DNA of 64,000 nucleotides from Haplodiscus bocki (Eukaryota): NCBI GenBank assembly GCA_965655095.1, contig OZ296658.1, positions 34,844,001 to 34,908,000 of the forward strand, read 5' to 3'. Shown piece by piece: positions 50,119 to 62,093 of this stretch (position 1 is its first letter; each line of letters starts with the position of its first letter). The notes under the pieces were generated by a model. It saw only the letters and a program-made list of their open reading frames with translations, ran no database searches and was not told where the DNA came from. The position numbers and the translations under genes were made by a program.

Positions 50119-52983
50119 AAATTCAATGGTTGCAGTCACACTTGAACACTGCAACTCATCTCGAACAGGGTGAATCTGTCAGATTAGTATCCAGAAACTC
50201 CCACAACCGGAGCACCTCCAGCAACATCAACGTCTTGGTACACCAATTCAGCCTCCGTACCCGCCTGCGTCTCACAAAAATCATCGTCTTCGATGGGCCG
50301 TTCGAGATCTCCCACCGGAATCACCTCGGTTCTCTCTGCAGCAATCTTCTCTTCAGGGTCAACAAGGGGATAAAGGTAAACAGCATTATTACCCTCGGTA
50401 GCACCGACAACTGATTCAGTTTTTGCTTGGGGCGTACAGATATCCTGAAGCAGGAAAGCAATTTCTCTGACATTCTGTAGATCTGACGCATGTGGCTATT
50501 AAAAGATGGATTTATCATTTCATTCATCAAATTTCAATTTGTGTAATTTTACTCTGATCAATTTGTCTGCCAGCAATGACCTCAGTATGCACTTCCAAGG
50601 ACACGTTGAGGAGCGATACTCAAGTATTCCTTATCTTCAAAGCTGCATTTTTAAGTTTGCTTAAATGTCATCAACTTCAACTTTCACTGTAAATATATGA
50701 CTTCATTAATTTTAAATTTTACCGCGGGAGCATTAACGAATCTCCCACTTGACGAAGAGGGAATCATTATTACCGGCCTTACTCAATCACTTTTCCAAGT
50801 CATTCGCCGAAATTTAATAGTGAAACTAACAATTTTCGTTTCATCACAATGTTAAGACCGATTACCCGTGAGCCAACAGGTGCAGATGTTTTCTACCAAG
50901 AGCGGTCGTCGGGAGAGCGAAGCCCACCCAGAATTAACACCCCGGACATCCTCTCTTCCATGGAATTATCCAGAGCCCCCTGCCAAGGACATAATTACAA
51001 CCTCGTCTGCAGCATTTCCAGAGCCGCGTATTGTGACCATTGAATCACATTCGAAAGAACTTAGGATGGCGTAAGGCTATGGGAGACAGCAGCCAATTGT
51101 TTCCACTATCCTTAGTGATTTGATTTTCAGACCGATTACCTTCAATGTCAAGATTATAGTTTCTCCAGCACCCAGAACGGAAGCCCAGCTATACTCAACT
51201 CAAGCTGATGACAGCCCGATACACTGGGAGATATTCGAGATTTCGGATATTTCAACGCCACCAAGGGGGGTCAGTACGGTGGATGCATGGCAAACATCTT
51301 CAGATGTGGGGAAGTTCGAATCAGACTAACCACAAAGAACACCTATTGCCTCGAGCCCTTTTTCAACCCTGCCGCTACCTCGTAGACAAAAGCGCATGCT
51401 GAACTCGGGAACATCTCTCCCCAAAAAAGTGGGGGTGAAGCTTGCGAAGCTTGCGGTCAATCCCTGCTGAGAGAAAAACTACCCAATACTCAGAATGCAG
51501 CCGAAAATCTAATGTCAATTTTAACAAACTTCCATACATAACTTCGTCTGCAATACATACGTACTAATATGTTTTCAATACGATGACCAAACTAGACCGA
51601 CCCAGACTAAGACGGAACCGTTTCGGAAAAAACGGATACTAACAGAGTATTTTGACCTCAAGGGTGCTATTTTTAATTTCTTCTACTTACCTAATTTTTA
51701 AATAGAGATCCACTATTTCAGTGTAATTGATTTGATTGATTGAAATGAGTGCAGTTTAGAATAGTGCTATTTATCAGAATTGAGCTACAAGTAGCTTGAC
51801 TGAATTGCCGCGTAATTGACTCTCGGAGTGAATATTTGTTCCATGCGTGTTTCGCCGCTTCTAATTGAATTCTGATAACTACGCCGTGTTGCTGTGTTGT
51901 GCTGAATAGGGATGGACACCGCATTCAATCCTCATTTGAGCACAGCCTGCCTGGTTCAACTGCTGTTACCAGTGACTACGGAAATATGCCGGAAACCAAT
52001 AATAGCTACTCGTTTGAAAGAGGAGTAAACTGTTAGTGCCACTAGTTTCTCCTCATTTCCAAAGAACAAGGCTAATGTACATGTGTAAAATGAAATGTGC
52101 ATGAAACGTGATGATTTTTTCTTTTTTTGGTATTTTTACCATTCCACGATAGTTGCTCATATCTCATGAGTTTTCCTAGTTTTCACCTTTTTTTCCTTTT
52201 TCCTAACTGAGGAAAAGAATTCTTTCTTTGAAATAAGGTGTTGGGGCGGGAATAAGCACTTTGATATCCATCTCGGATGGATTAGGTCCGTCTATTTTCT
52301 GTCGAAAATGGAAAGGACGCTTCCTATGAGGGACAGATGGATCGAAAAGGTGTTTATTTCCCGCCAGAGTCGGTATTTCAGGCTCTGATGTTTTTTATAA
52401 GATTTTTTTTCCCTTTTTGTACCTTGACTTGGCGCGTAAACAATTATTTATAAAAAAAGGTATAAATAGGAGAAGTGAAAGTACCAAATTGAGAACTTTT
52501 GTACTGATGATAAGAATCAGTCACTTTTGGTTTTCCTACAACAATCATTTTAACCGTTATCAAGTTGATTTCTTTATTAAAAAGTTAATTCAGTCTTCGC
52601 CGCTCTCAATTATTTTCCCGTAGAAAATGGCAACTCTGAGATGTGAGCAAAAACTAGCCGCCCTCAACAAGGGGAATCATGACGATTGTCCGAGGAGCAA
52701 CCAGGCACGGGACACAGATGTTCCCAGATCTCAAGAGGATTATATCACGCAAGTCTCAGAGGAAAACGAGGGTAGATTTTAGGTGCTCTATCCCGGCTCT
52801 ACGAGTTTCTTTTGAACCCACTAAATCAGGATCACTCCAGATCTGTTCAGGAAACGTCCCGGAATACGTATGGAGAAAGCCTGGGAACGAATCAGCACCA
52901 CTCCCCGAATGATCTTCATCCTGAAGTGAGGGTCCCTCAGAGCCAGTCTACACAAGTTTTTGGCCCAGACGACGCATATGACA
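50119..52983 (+). mobile_element. Remnant of a second, related Gypsy family: ORF3-like region plus an LTR ending in a gag N-terminus
   Basis: Pro/Ser/acidic ORF fragments at 50849-51470 ending in CEACGQS (compare CLVSGKS of ORF3). ATG at 52627 reads MATLRCEQKLAALNK...SQEDYITQVSEE. Ends TATGACA at 52983 against the toxin paralogue. GAGAA at 50114-50118 and 52984-52988 is a possible TSD. Left end uncertain (no TG). Confidence 0.55.
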
Positions 52984-55900
52984 GAGAAGCGCCAGACAAT
53001 TCTAAATTGGAAGGAACTTTTCGGCGAAGCTCCAACGGAAGTTGCTGGAATAGGTTATTGTATAGATTGCATGGACGTTTTTCTTCAGCTGCTCTCTCCT
53101 TGGCTGACATTTCGGTGCCTCTTTATAATTCGTTTCTCGATTCTTCCACGACTGCTGATAGTACTTGCTACTCATCGAAACTAACCAATTTACGTTTGGC
53201 GATATTTGTTTGTACCATTTTTTGTTTGTAGCGTTTTTTGCACCATTCAATGTTTCTATTTGTTCTGGCGAAGCGCCTTGTTGCTTTGCAGTCCTAAGCA
53301 AAGTTTCCCAATAATTCAGCTGTACAGATGGGTTGTGCTTCAAAGATTCCTTTTTGCGCGTGTCAGTTACCTTCACTAACGCATCAATGTAACCTTTGAG
53401 TTCTTTCTGCAATTTAATGTATTTGCCCATCGCATCAAGTGCTGCACCTTCTAACGAATTAGTTTTGTCGTTCCAATGCTTAATCAGTTCTTCTGGAAAA
53501 ACCAATGAATTTTCTTCTTCCGAAACAAGGTTATAAGTTTCATTTCTGCAAGAAGTCCAATGACACTTGCCAGGACATACCCTACAATAAAACTTTAGCT
53601 GGCGCCATGTGAAACCAGAACACCGACATGAACACCAACAGTTGCAAATTTTGTGGCACAAATAGTCACAGTTACCACAATATGTGGTGCGCGTGTCGTT
53701 AAGTACTGACTTTCGTATAACCTCAGTTTCTCTCAGCTCAACTTTTTCACCTAGTGGAACCCCAATGGCATCGGAAATAGAGTCAAGGTTATGCAAAAGA
53801 TGAGTCGTTTCGTTCACAGTTTCAAACACTTGTTTCAACATAAGAGCAAGTTCGCGAAAGGGAGATCCTGATGTGAGTTACTTCAGCGCTGGTAAGTGCC
53901 AGAACAGGTTCCATGAAGCATACATTTTCGTGAAAATCCTGTTGACCTCCCATGCATAGCTGCCATCATAAATTCTGCTTTTCATTTTCTGAATTTGTAT
54001 TCAGTTGTTGACTTCCAGCAAAGAGTCCAAGTTTACAGGCCATTCCAAAGATTGAAGCACTTCTGTGGCGGGAGAAAGACAGCCATCACTCAAAGTCAGA
54101 ATTGTCCTCAAACACTGGCGCACATTTTTGGCAAAAAGTTGAAATATTTTTTGTTACGGCGGCAGTTATACCAACAGTAAAATAGCGAGTCACTGATTGG
54201 CCTTTGGCACCATCGTCATTATGATTTTCTGGATTCCTGTCATCTATGAGAAGTATTCTATGGCTATTTTCTAAAGCACCGCCTAAAAGGAACGAAAGCA
54301 TTTATTTGAATCTCACCTACAAACAAAATCACACGAGCCTTTTCATCATCATCTGGGTCTGAAGACGGTATCTCCGGTTTATACTCAGGTGCTGCTTCGA
54401 CCATTAGTACAACTAGCTCTTCATCGTAATCTTTAGTGCAACAGTTTTTGTAAGAAAGGTCTCAAAACCCAAAAAAAGCCTGTCTGCAGTAATATCCCAT
54501 GGTTTTTTACCACCAACAAACTCCCAGGGTCGGTTTCCCCCACTTAACGAAGTTTCATTGGCAGCGTCAAGCTCGACTCCTTTTCTTTGTAAAACTTTAT
54601 CAAAGAGGAGGCAGTGGACGGCATTTTTTCAGTTCTAGCTGTCTGTGCAACTGTACTGTTAAAACCAAATGTGAAGAAACTGCTGCAATTTCAACTTCAA
54701 AATCGGTAAAAGCGTCTAATTGAGCATCCGAATATTTGGTAATGTCATACTTACAATCCGTTGAACGTAATTTTTCACAATCCCAAGCCTCATTTTCACC
54801 GTAAATATTTTCGAAAGCGTCCAAAGCTGGGTTATTTCTTGGACGCCACCTAATTAAAAGAGATATATATGGGAAAGCATGGTTTCTGTGTAGCGTCCAC
54901 GAAGCTGTAAGGTTTTGTTTTCAGACAGTTATTTTGATGTTAGAAGAACATTCCGGTAAGAAACTATTCATTGTAATATATTTTTCTCCATCGGTGAAAA
55001 TAATATCTCCAATACTAGTTTTTGTGGCTTCTTCACTCCTTCACCTGGTAAAGTTGCTCTTGAAATGGCTGCGAAGCAATAATGTATGCTAACTTTTCCC
55101 ACCAACTTGTTAGTGTTTTTAAGCTGTCGAATTTCCGCAAAACTCTCCTTTAATGTCTCAGTTTTGAGTAATCCTCGAATTATTCACAAGCTTCTTCACA
55201 TCCGAATCAGATAACTCAGTGCGATCTTCTGATTTATTATCATTAAGTGCATCGAGTTGTTTCTCCAGAGGGTGGGTTTTGTCCCCGAGTTCTTTGCCAC
55301 AGAAATTGAGTATCACTTTTTTAACGTTGGATTCACTCACTAAACTTTCGCGTGGATCAGAGATGTTTTTGAACAAATTGTGGAACCCATCTTCTTCAAG
55401 ATCGTGGAAGTAGGAAGAAATTATTCTAACTTCTTGTTTTTTCTTCGACAAAAATTTCTTCACTACTTGACACTGCTTTTCCATGAGGCTAACTGCCCTG
55501 GCCAGCTTTGTCATTAAGCCTTTATTATGTTTTGTTGAAAATTTTGTTTACACTGATCAAATTTTTCCCGGAACTTCTCGATTTGTACCCTCAGGTTTGG
55601 GACAAAACGAAGTTGCATTTTGAGTAACTCTGAAATTGAACAATCAGTTGAGTTAGCAGCTTCTAGAGTTGCACTGACATCTTTGATGGTAATTTCATCC
55701 AATTTTTGCACAATACGTCTGGCGTCGGTATCCAAGAAAGAGATAGGCAGAAGCGTAACAGTGAGAGTATTATTAATATCTTTTAACATCCTCGTGAGCT
55801 TTCGACCCCATTTTCAAAGTCTCTTCAAAACTTTCTATCGAACCATCGAAAGCTCCGTCAACATTGATTTCTAAACCTTCCTCGTGCAAATCTTTCTCGC

Positions 55901-57995
55901 TTTTATATTTTCCAGTAGTTTGTCCCTAGTTTGGACAGAATATGGGTTTGAGAGACCCTGAAATCGAACCGGAAATTTCATTCGATGTGGTCGATTCAGA
56001 ACATTGTTTAAAAAATGATGTTGCCATATGCACCTTATTTCATCTCCGATACAAAATTCGTTGCCTCTGGACAATTTTGGAAAACAAGCTTATCAAAAAT
56101 CTTCTCAACCATAGTCTCCTATGGAAGTTTTCTGATTCGGTTACTTTTAACACATGTCTGACAAGCACAAATAAAGGAACTGAATAATTATTCAATAACG
56201 TGAACACTTTCAAACACGAATTTTATGAACTACTTTTCTATTCTAAAATTTGGTGCTCAATTTTATTATTCTTAAAATAGATTGCACTTATCAAACTTTT
56301 GATCACGGCGTGTCTCGCTACATCATATCACGCCACCTCAAAAGTGCAGATTTAATATTAAAATGAGACAGTTTTCTGATACTTCAACAATCTCTTGGAG
56401 ACAGCCACACCACAGCAACGTCTTGGAAACGCTGTGGTAACCAACATTCCAGAACGTTCTAGGGACGAACTCCAGAGACTTTTTACGACATCGATCGCAC
56501 CAGATCGACAAAATTAGCCAAGAGTCGTCAAAGTATCAGTGGGCGTGTAAATTGATCATGCCGAACGGGGTATAAAAGCTAGAGCTCCAAAACTCTAGTT
56601 TCAGTGCACTCTGTAATCTGAAAATCATCCTAGGACGTTCGATTTCCTTCAGCTCAACTTCGAAAACTGAAAAATCGATCTTCGACGTTCGACGTCCTCC
56701 TTCTCAAATTCAGACACTCTCTTCACTTTTGTAATTTCTTCAACTTTGTTTTCTCAATTTCTCAAAATTTCGACAAGTGATACTTCTACAAATCAGACCA
56801 CAGAAGAAAGCAAGGGCCCTCACTACAACCGACCACAGAAGAAGGTAATCGCCCTCACCACGGGCAAAGACCAACAGAAGGAGACTGACAACTTTCATCC
56901 ACAGCTATCCCATTTCTCCGAGATATCGGGTCAATAATGTCGTGAGTGCAAATTTAATCGAGTTATATTATAGGTTCTTGTGAAATCCATTAGGTTTTGT
57001 AATATCAAGACAAAAAAAACATTCAACCAACTTCATAAATCTGTTTCTTCAACTTTTATCACAAACAAGCTTTAAACAAATCCCTTTCAGTAAACCATAA
57101 AGTAGTTGAAACTATTTTTTCATATCAATAGCAATAGAGTAATCCCAGACTCACTACTAACAAAATTATACGTGTGACGAGAACCAGAAACTTGCATTTA
57201 AAAATATTTACAGGAAAATGAAATTTGTTCAGAACTTGCTTGAATTTGAGAAGAGAGAAAGTCAAAACGACTACCACCAGTAATAGAAATCAAAAACTAT
57301 AGATATTGAAGTGAAAATTAAAGAGACAACTCGTTTGCAAAGAGTTGATATTATTGAAATTCACTCTGTACCGGGCGGACAAAATAGGTAGAGGCCAGCT
57401 TACGTCCTGGTCTACCAGAGACGGATTGAAAGCCGTGAGCTTAGAGGAGGTAAAGTACCAGAGTAGCATTTCCCTGTCTCGAACCAAGTAGGACCAGAAT
57501 GTCTGCAGTATTGACTAAAGCATGGTTGTGAATCGGACGTCTCGCACTTATACAAAACGGCATAGAGTGATTTCTTTAACACTTATAGTCAAGAAAGAAC
57601 AAAACTAGGCCACCGCCACTCAATTCAATAAAATCAAACATACACACGTCACAAATGTAACATCACATCTAACGTCTTCAGTTTTCAATGTTCTCTGTTT
57701 GAGAAGTCTGGTGGAACTACCGAGTCGAAGCATGTGGAGATTGAGTCCAAGTCGTGCTTCGGCATCAATGCCAAAATTCTCCGAGCTTCCTCCAAAGAGG
57801 ATGAAACCTTCAATTTGGTGTCAGAACAATTTAAATGATCAATTTTTGGTTATTTTCTATAGTTAGTTAGAAAAGTTAGTTAGGTTAGTTTCTAACTTCC
57901 AAAAATTATATCCTTTGAAAAAGACCCCTTGACTGCATCATAAAGAGGTCCAAGTTCAATTTGCTTACCGAGAGAATTCTGTTCAATTTTTTCTG
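52984..57995 (-). pseudogene. Second, more decayed paralogue of the stonustoxin-like/FN3/GTPase gene
   Basis: Minus strand from ~57995 reads KIEQNSLGKQIELGPLYDAVKG. ORFs 55514-55789, 55158-55514, 54600-54824, 54086-54301 and 53002-53841 align in order with 31827-35709 (e.g. LTVTLLPISFLD, HRILLIDDRN, NSLEGAALDAM, ESLKHNP). Walker A and DTPG regions are deleted. Confidence 0.88.
56159..57653 (+). mobile_element. Probable solo LTR of a third family inserted in the toxin paralogue
   Basis: A 1495-bp block absent from the 31827 paralogue, with TG...CA ends, GGGTATAAAAG at ~56568, AATAAA ~25 nt before the 3' end, and an imperfect flanking duplication CATGTC / AATGTA. Confidence 0.7.
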
Positions 57996-58199
57996 TTCAA
58001 AAATGGTTGAAAAATATCGTGGAACTCGGATTATTTTCTTGGAGTTGGTCTGAATGTAATCTCCCTGAAAGTCCTGCGAAAAGATTGTCTGAAACGTGAA
58101 GGACTGTAAATCATCATCTTTTCGATCGGGCTTTCTGTTGTCTCCTGAATGTCAGTATGGAAGTCTGACATAAAACCGAAATAGAAGCAAAATTGCATA

Positions 58200-59950
58200 G
58201 TTTTTTTGTAGGATTTGCGTTTTTTTCCTCTGGCAAACGATTTCAAAATTGTCAGGAAGGTCTAATTTTGCCAAATTTTCACTCAATTCTGGGTTAAAAC
58301 TTTTGGTAACGAATCTCGTATGCTTTTAGTGAAGCTTTGAAAACGTGCAGTGCTCATCCTTGGCGTGTCTTCTGATCTACTCAACCCTAGTGTAAAGCAT
58401 TTTGAGCGTATGTTATGTGAATATATTTTCGGATTTGTACGAAATGGTTTTCGAAAAGCACCAAAGAATCAGCGGTCGTAGTACCCGGCTGGATCTTCCT
58501 GGAAAGTCAACTCCAAAAGACTCTGAGCTACCTTTGAATTGGGGAAACTTTCCAAAAAAATCGCTTTCCATGTTTTCTTTGCCGAAACAATGAGAAAAGT
58601 CGGAAAATTTTACTACCAATTTGATAACTTTAAAACTGTACAAGCAACGAGTGCTGCTTCAGAGCCCTGTAAAATGCCTGAACGGGGTCAAATGCATTGC
58701 CACTATTTGTGGTGAGTTAACGGTAGTTGCAGGTGTTCTTCAGGCAGTCACAGTCATATTTTTTTCAAGAGAAGGGTTCTTCTCAGAGATTATTTTCCGT
58801 TTACGTAAAACCAATGTATTTGAAGTACTATTCATCTCTTCAAAAATTACTTCTGCTTCTTTCTGAGCCCTAATTCGAAATTTTCTAAGTTGCGTTTTGC
58901 ACTAACCCATCTATTGGGTTTGCTCTTAAGGAAAGAACAGCTATAAAACATTTTTTCCATGTGGCCACTTTCCTCGCATAACTTCTTTCAGCTTGATTTC
59001 AACGTCTGCAAAATCGAGTTTTTCTCCGAAGCGTTTGAAACGCTTTTGATTTAATAGGCGCGTGTACTTGAAACTTTAGCGCAACACGCGTTGAATCTAT
59101 TTTCATAAATATTTTTTTCCGCACATATTCCATATATGGCAGGAAAATCATTGGCCCACATTTCAAGTTTTTTTGAACAAGAAGTTTTTCAATGGCATGA
59201 TGAAGCAAAAATCAACTCTGAAAATTTCTATGTTGCATTTTTTCTATCAATTCGCAGCAGAATTTGTCTAATTTGGCAGATTTTTTCTACAAAATGCTTT
59301 TTGTTGCCAAAACTTGTGTTTTTTGAAAAAAAAAATGAAAAGTTTTGAGCTTTAATGCAACTTTGGGCTTTTCACAGACAATTTTCGTTCAAATTACTGC
59401 TTTCAACTTTTCTTCCCTGTTTTCGAAGGCGGAAAGTATCCCGGTACTACCCGAGCGTTTTGTTTGGAATTTGGTCCAATATTAGACGTGCAATTTACTA
59501 CGGCATACTTTAATTGGAACAAGAATTTTATCAATATATCTACTATTTTGACATTTAATCAATTTGAAAAAATCTACGGAGTAGCTAAATGAGATTTGAC
59601 TAGTCATAAAGTCATAAGCTATACCTGCAATTTTCTTAACTGAGTTTAGTTTTTGGTCCAATTAACGGTAAAACAACGAACTGCAGTTGTGGTGTACACG
59701 ATTTTTAGTTGTACATATTTTCTTGACTAATAGTTTTGAATAACCATTCAATGCATGTAATGTTGTGTTTGTTTTGGACAATTAGTAATCAACCTGAAGA
59801 CCACGTGCGAAAGGTTCCACTTGCGTTGTTTCTACGGTTTCGAATTTTTATTACAATTGGTACAAAATTTTAACTAATATCAAGTGTTTTCTGAGTCTGT
59901 TTACTGGTCAGTTCTTTACTTCTTTGGTCTAGAGTTAGATGTTCACCAGA
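58200..59950 (+). pseudogene. Possible very decayed pPolB remnant
   Basis: 58340-58760 loosely follows the CKSIVGIDASQLYP...CNTVFEAMGC order seen in the other pPolB fossils; weak. Confidence 0.3.
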
Positions 59951-60150
59951 TCTGAATTCAGTAAATTCAATCGGGATCCCATTGAAGTTTGGAAAAGTTG
60001 AACTAAGTACAAAAACTTGAAAATTTCGTCGAAATCTTTGACATATCATCGAAACTCCAGAAAAATCCCTACCGAATGTCTAGCATGTGGTAATATCAAG
60101 CTGTGAGATAATCGCACCTCTTGTCCTTGAAGAAGTTTTCAAAACAGTGA

Positions 60151-62093
60151 TGTGATGAGTGTGTGGTTGCCAGTCAAAATGTGTTCCTGGGACCGACAGT
60201 TCACTTACCTTGTCCGGAATGTTATTTCGAGTCTCATCATTCGTATTTAACACATGTAGTGTATTATTTCTTTCGGATATGTTTTCGAAAGGGGCCGTGA
60301 CCCCTATGTCCTCCCCAAATTCTGAATTCGCTGTGACACTGGTCGCATCTTGTCTAAAGGACGCGTTTATTGACTTAATTGCTAATTAAATTTTACGAGC
60401 AATAATGCTATCAATTGCGGTCAAAATTGCATTTTGAATCCTGTTTTTTACCGTGTCAACAATATTACCAATTTCCCTATTGATTTTTTCATTGAAGCAT
60501 CTTTCCAAGGTTTTCACATTCACCACATTTTCAATAGCTGTTAAACTATTGCCAGGATTATCAACGGTAAATTTCTGGTCACCAGTACTTTCATTGACTG
60601 CAGCATTTTCTTGCCTATCGATCGGAGTGTTGCCAATAATAATGTCTTGGTCGAAGTCATCTAATTGGCTGAGAAGCCTTCTGTTTGACTGCCTCTTTTT
60701 GTGACTGGAAACCATGTTTGCTTCAATAGATAAATTGCACTTGAAATATCAACGAGAAACCAAATGAACGATGAATCTTTAAAATAGAAGAATAGTAGAA
60801 CAAAGATGGTAGTTTGCTATTTTTAAATTGAAGGTTTTCAGTTTTAGATGAAAAAAATAGGCAAATGCTTTGCCAAAGTGTTCAGAAGATTTCCAATCGA
60901 TAAATTCCCACATTTGTCTCGTAGAGGCGTTAGATTTCTCTGATTTCAACTTTAGGTGAAGTTCGGGTTTCGGTTCCTCTTTTTAATTTCTCGTTCGTCA
61001 GCCATTTCGGAAGGTCAATTTCCTGATGTCAAAACTATAACTCTAACCGAATTAAAACATCAAAGGAGTTATTCCGCGTATTACATTACGCCATTCTGAT
61101 ATCATTATGTAAATAGCAACTGGGTAAAATATCAAAAGGGGAAAATGCCGAATATTCGTGACCAGCAAAAATATAAATGTAAACAAACAAATAAAAATTG
61201 AAGAATAGTAAGAACATGGTTGCATGTGTGATCCATAACATATAAGTCTCGGGTCAAGGGTGTCATTGCTCCCTATGGGTTGTGAAGGAATACTAAGGGT
61301 GTTTGTGGTCATGCATGAGGGGCAGTTACTGATTATTATATTCTCGGGCTTCATTATGTGATAAATTAATAAAAATGACACAGATTTCATCATCAAACTT
61401 CATACACTTCATTTTTTTAACTTTAACGTTTAGTGGTCAAAAAATGGTCACTATGACCGTCTTTTGACCAAGCGATAATTCCGATGGAATTCCACTAATG
61501 GTGCGCACTGGATGACTTGGGGTAGTATAATAAATAGTTATCTGATTATATATTTTTCATTTAGCAACATCGTTTAACTAAGCGTGGTCAGACTTTGATA
61601 GTTTGATAGCTATGACTCTCTTTAGCCTTACTTTGCTTTTCTTTCAAGAGCAACAGCCTGTTTTGAGCAAAGTGGTCAAAAGTAGGTCTTTGTCACCAAT
61701 TTTTGACCACTCTCTAGCAGTGCTTTTATTTGCTCAAAATTTGTCAACAATATTTGTTTTGACCAATCAGGGTTTAGTATGATACTGCGCGTCATTTGAG
61801 CACTGTAAGCATTTCTGTATACCAGTTTGCGATTACTGCAAGCATATTCAATAACAGTATGGTTTTTGTCCGTCGATATATAAACAAACGTAGGATAATA
61901 TATGTATATGTATATAGGTATAAGTATATCAAATTTTGTAAAATAAGGGAGGATTTTATCCAATATTCGCTTCAATCAATGTTTCAATAGTTTTGATCTT
62001 CAAATATGGGTAAATGATATCCGCGTATGTCCGAGTTTTGAGAGTCGAAGTTGACTGAGTAAACTAGGCCGTCACAGGCGGCAGCCTTCGACA
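60151..62093 (-). mobile_element. Solo LTR of the Gypsy family (divergent subfamily), 1943 bp
   Basis: Minus strand TGTCGAAGG...ACTCATCACA; perfect 5-bp TSD AGTGA at 60146-60150 and 62094-62098. Contains the gag N-terminus (ORF 60386-60715 MVSSHKKRQSNRRLLSQLDDFDQD) and the ORF3 tail (SKAAACDGLVYSVNFDSQNSDIRGYHLPIFEDQNY). Confidence 0.95.
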
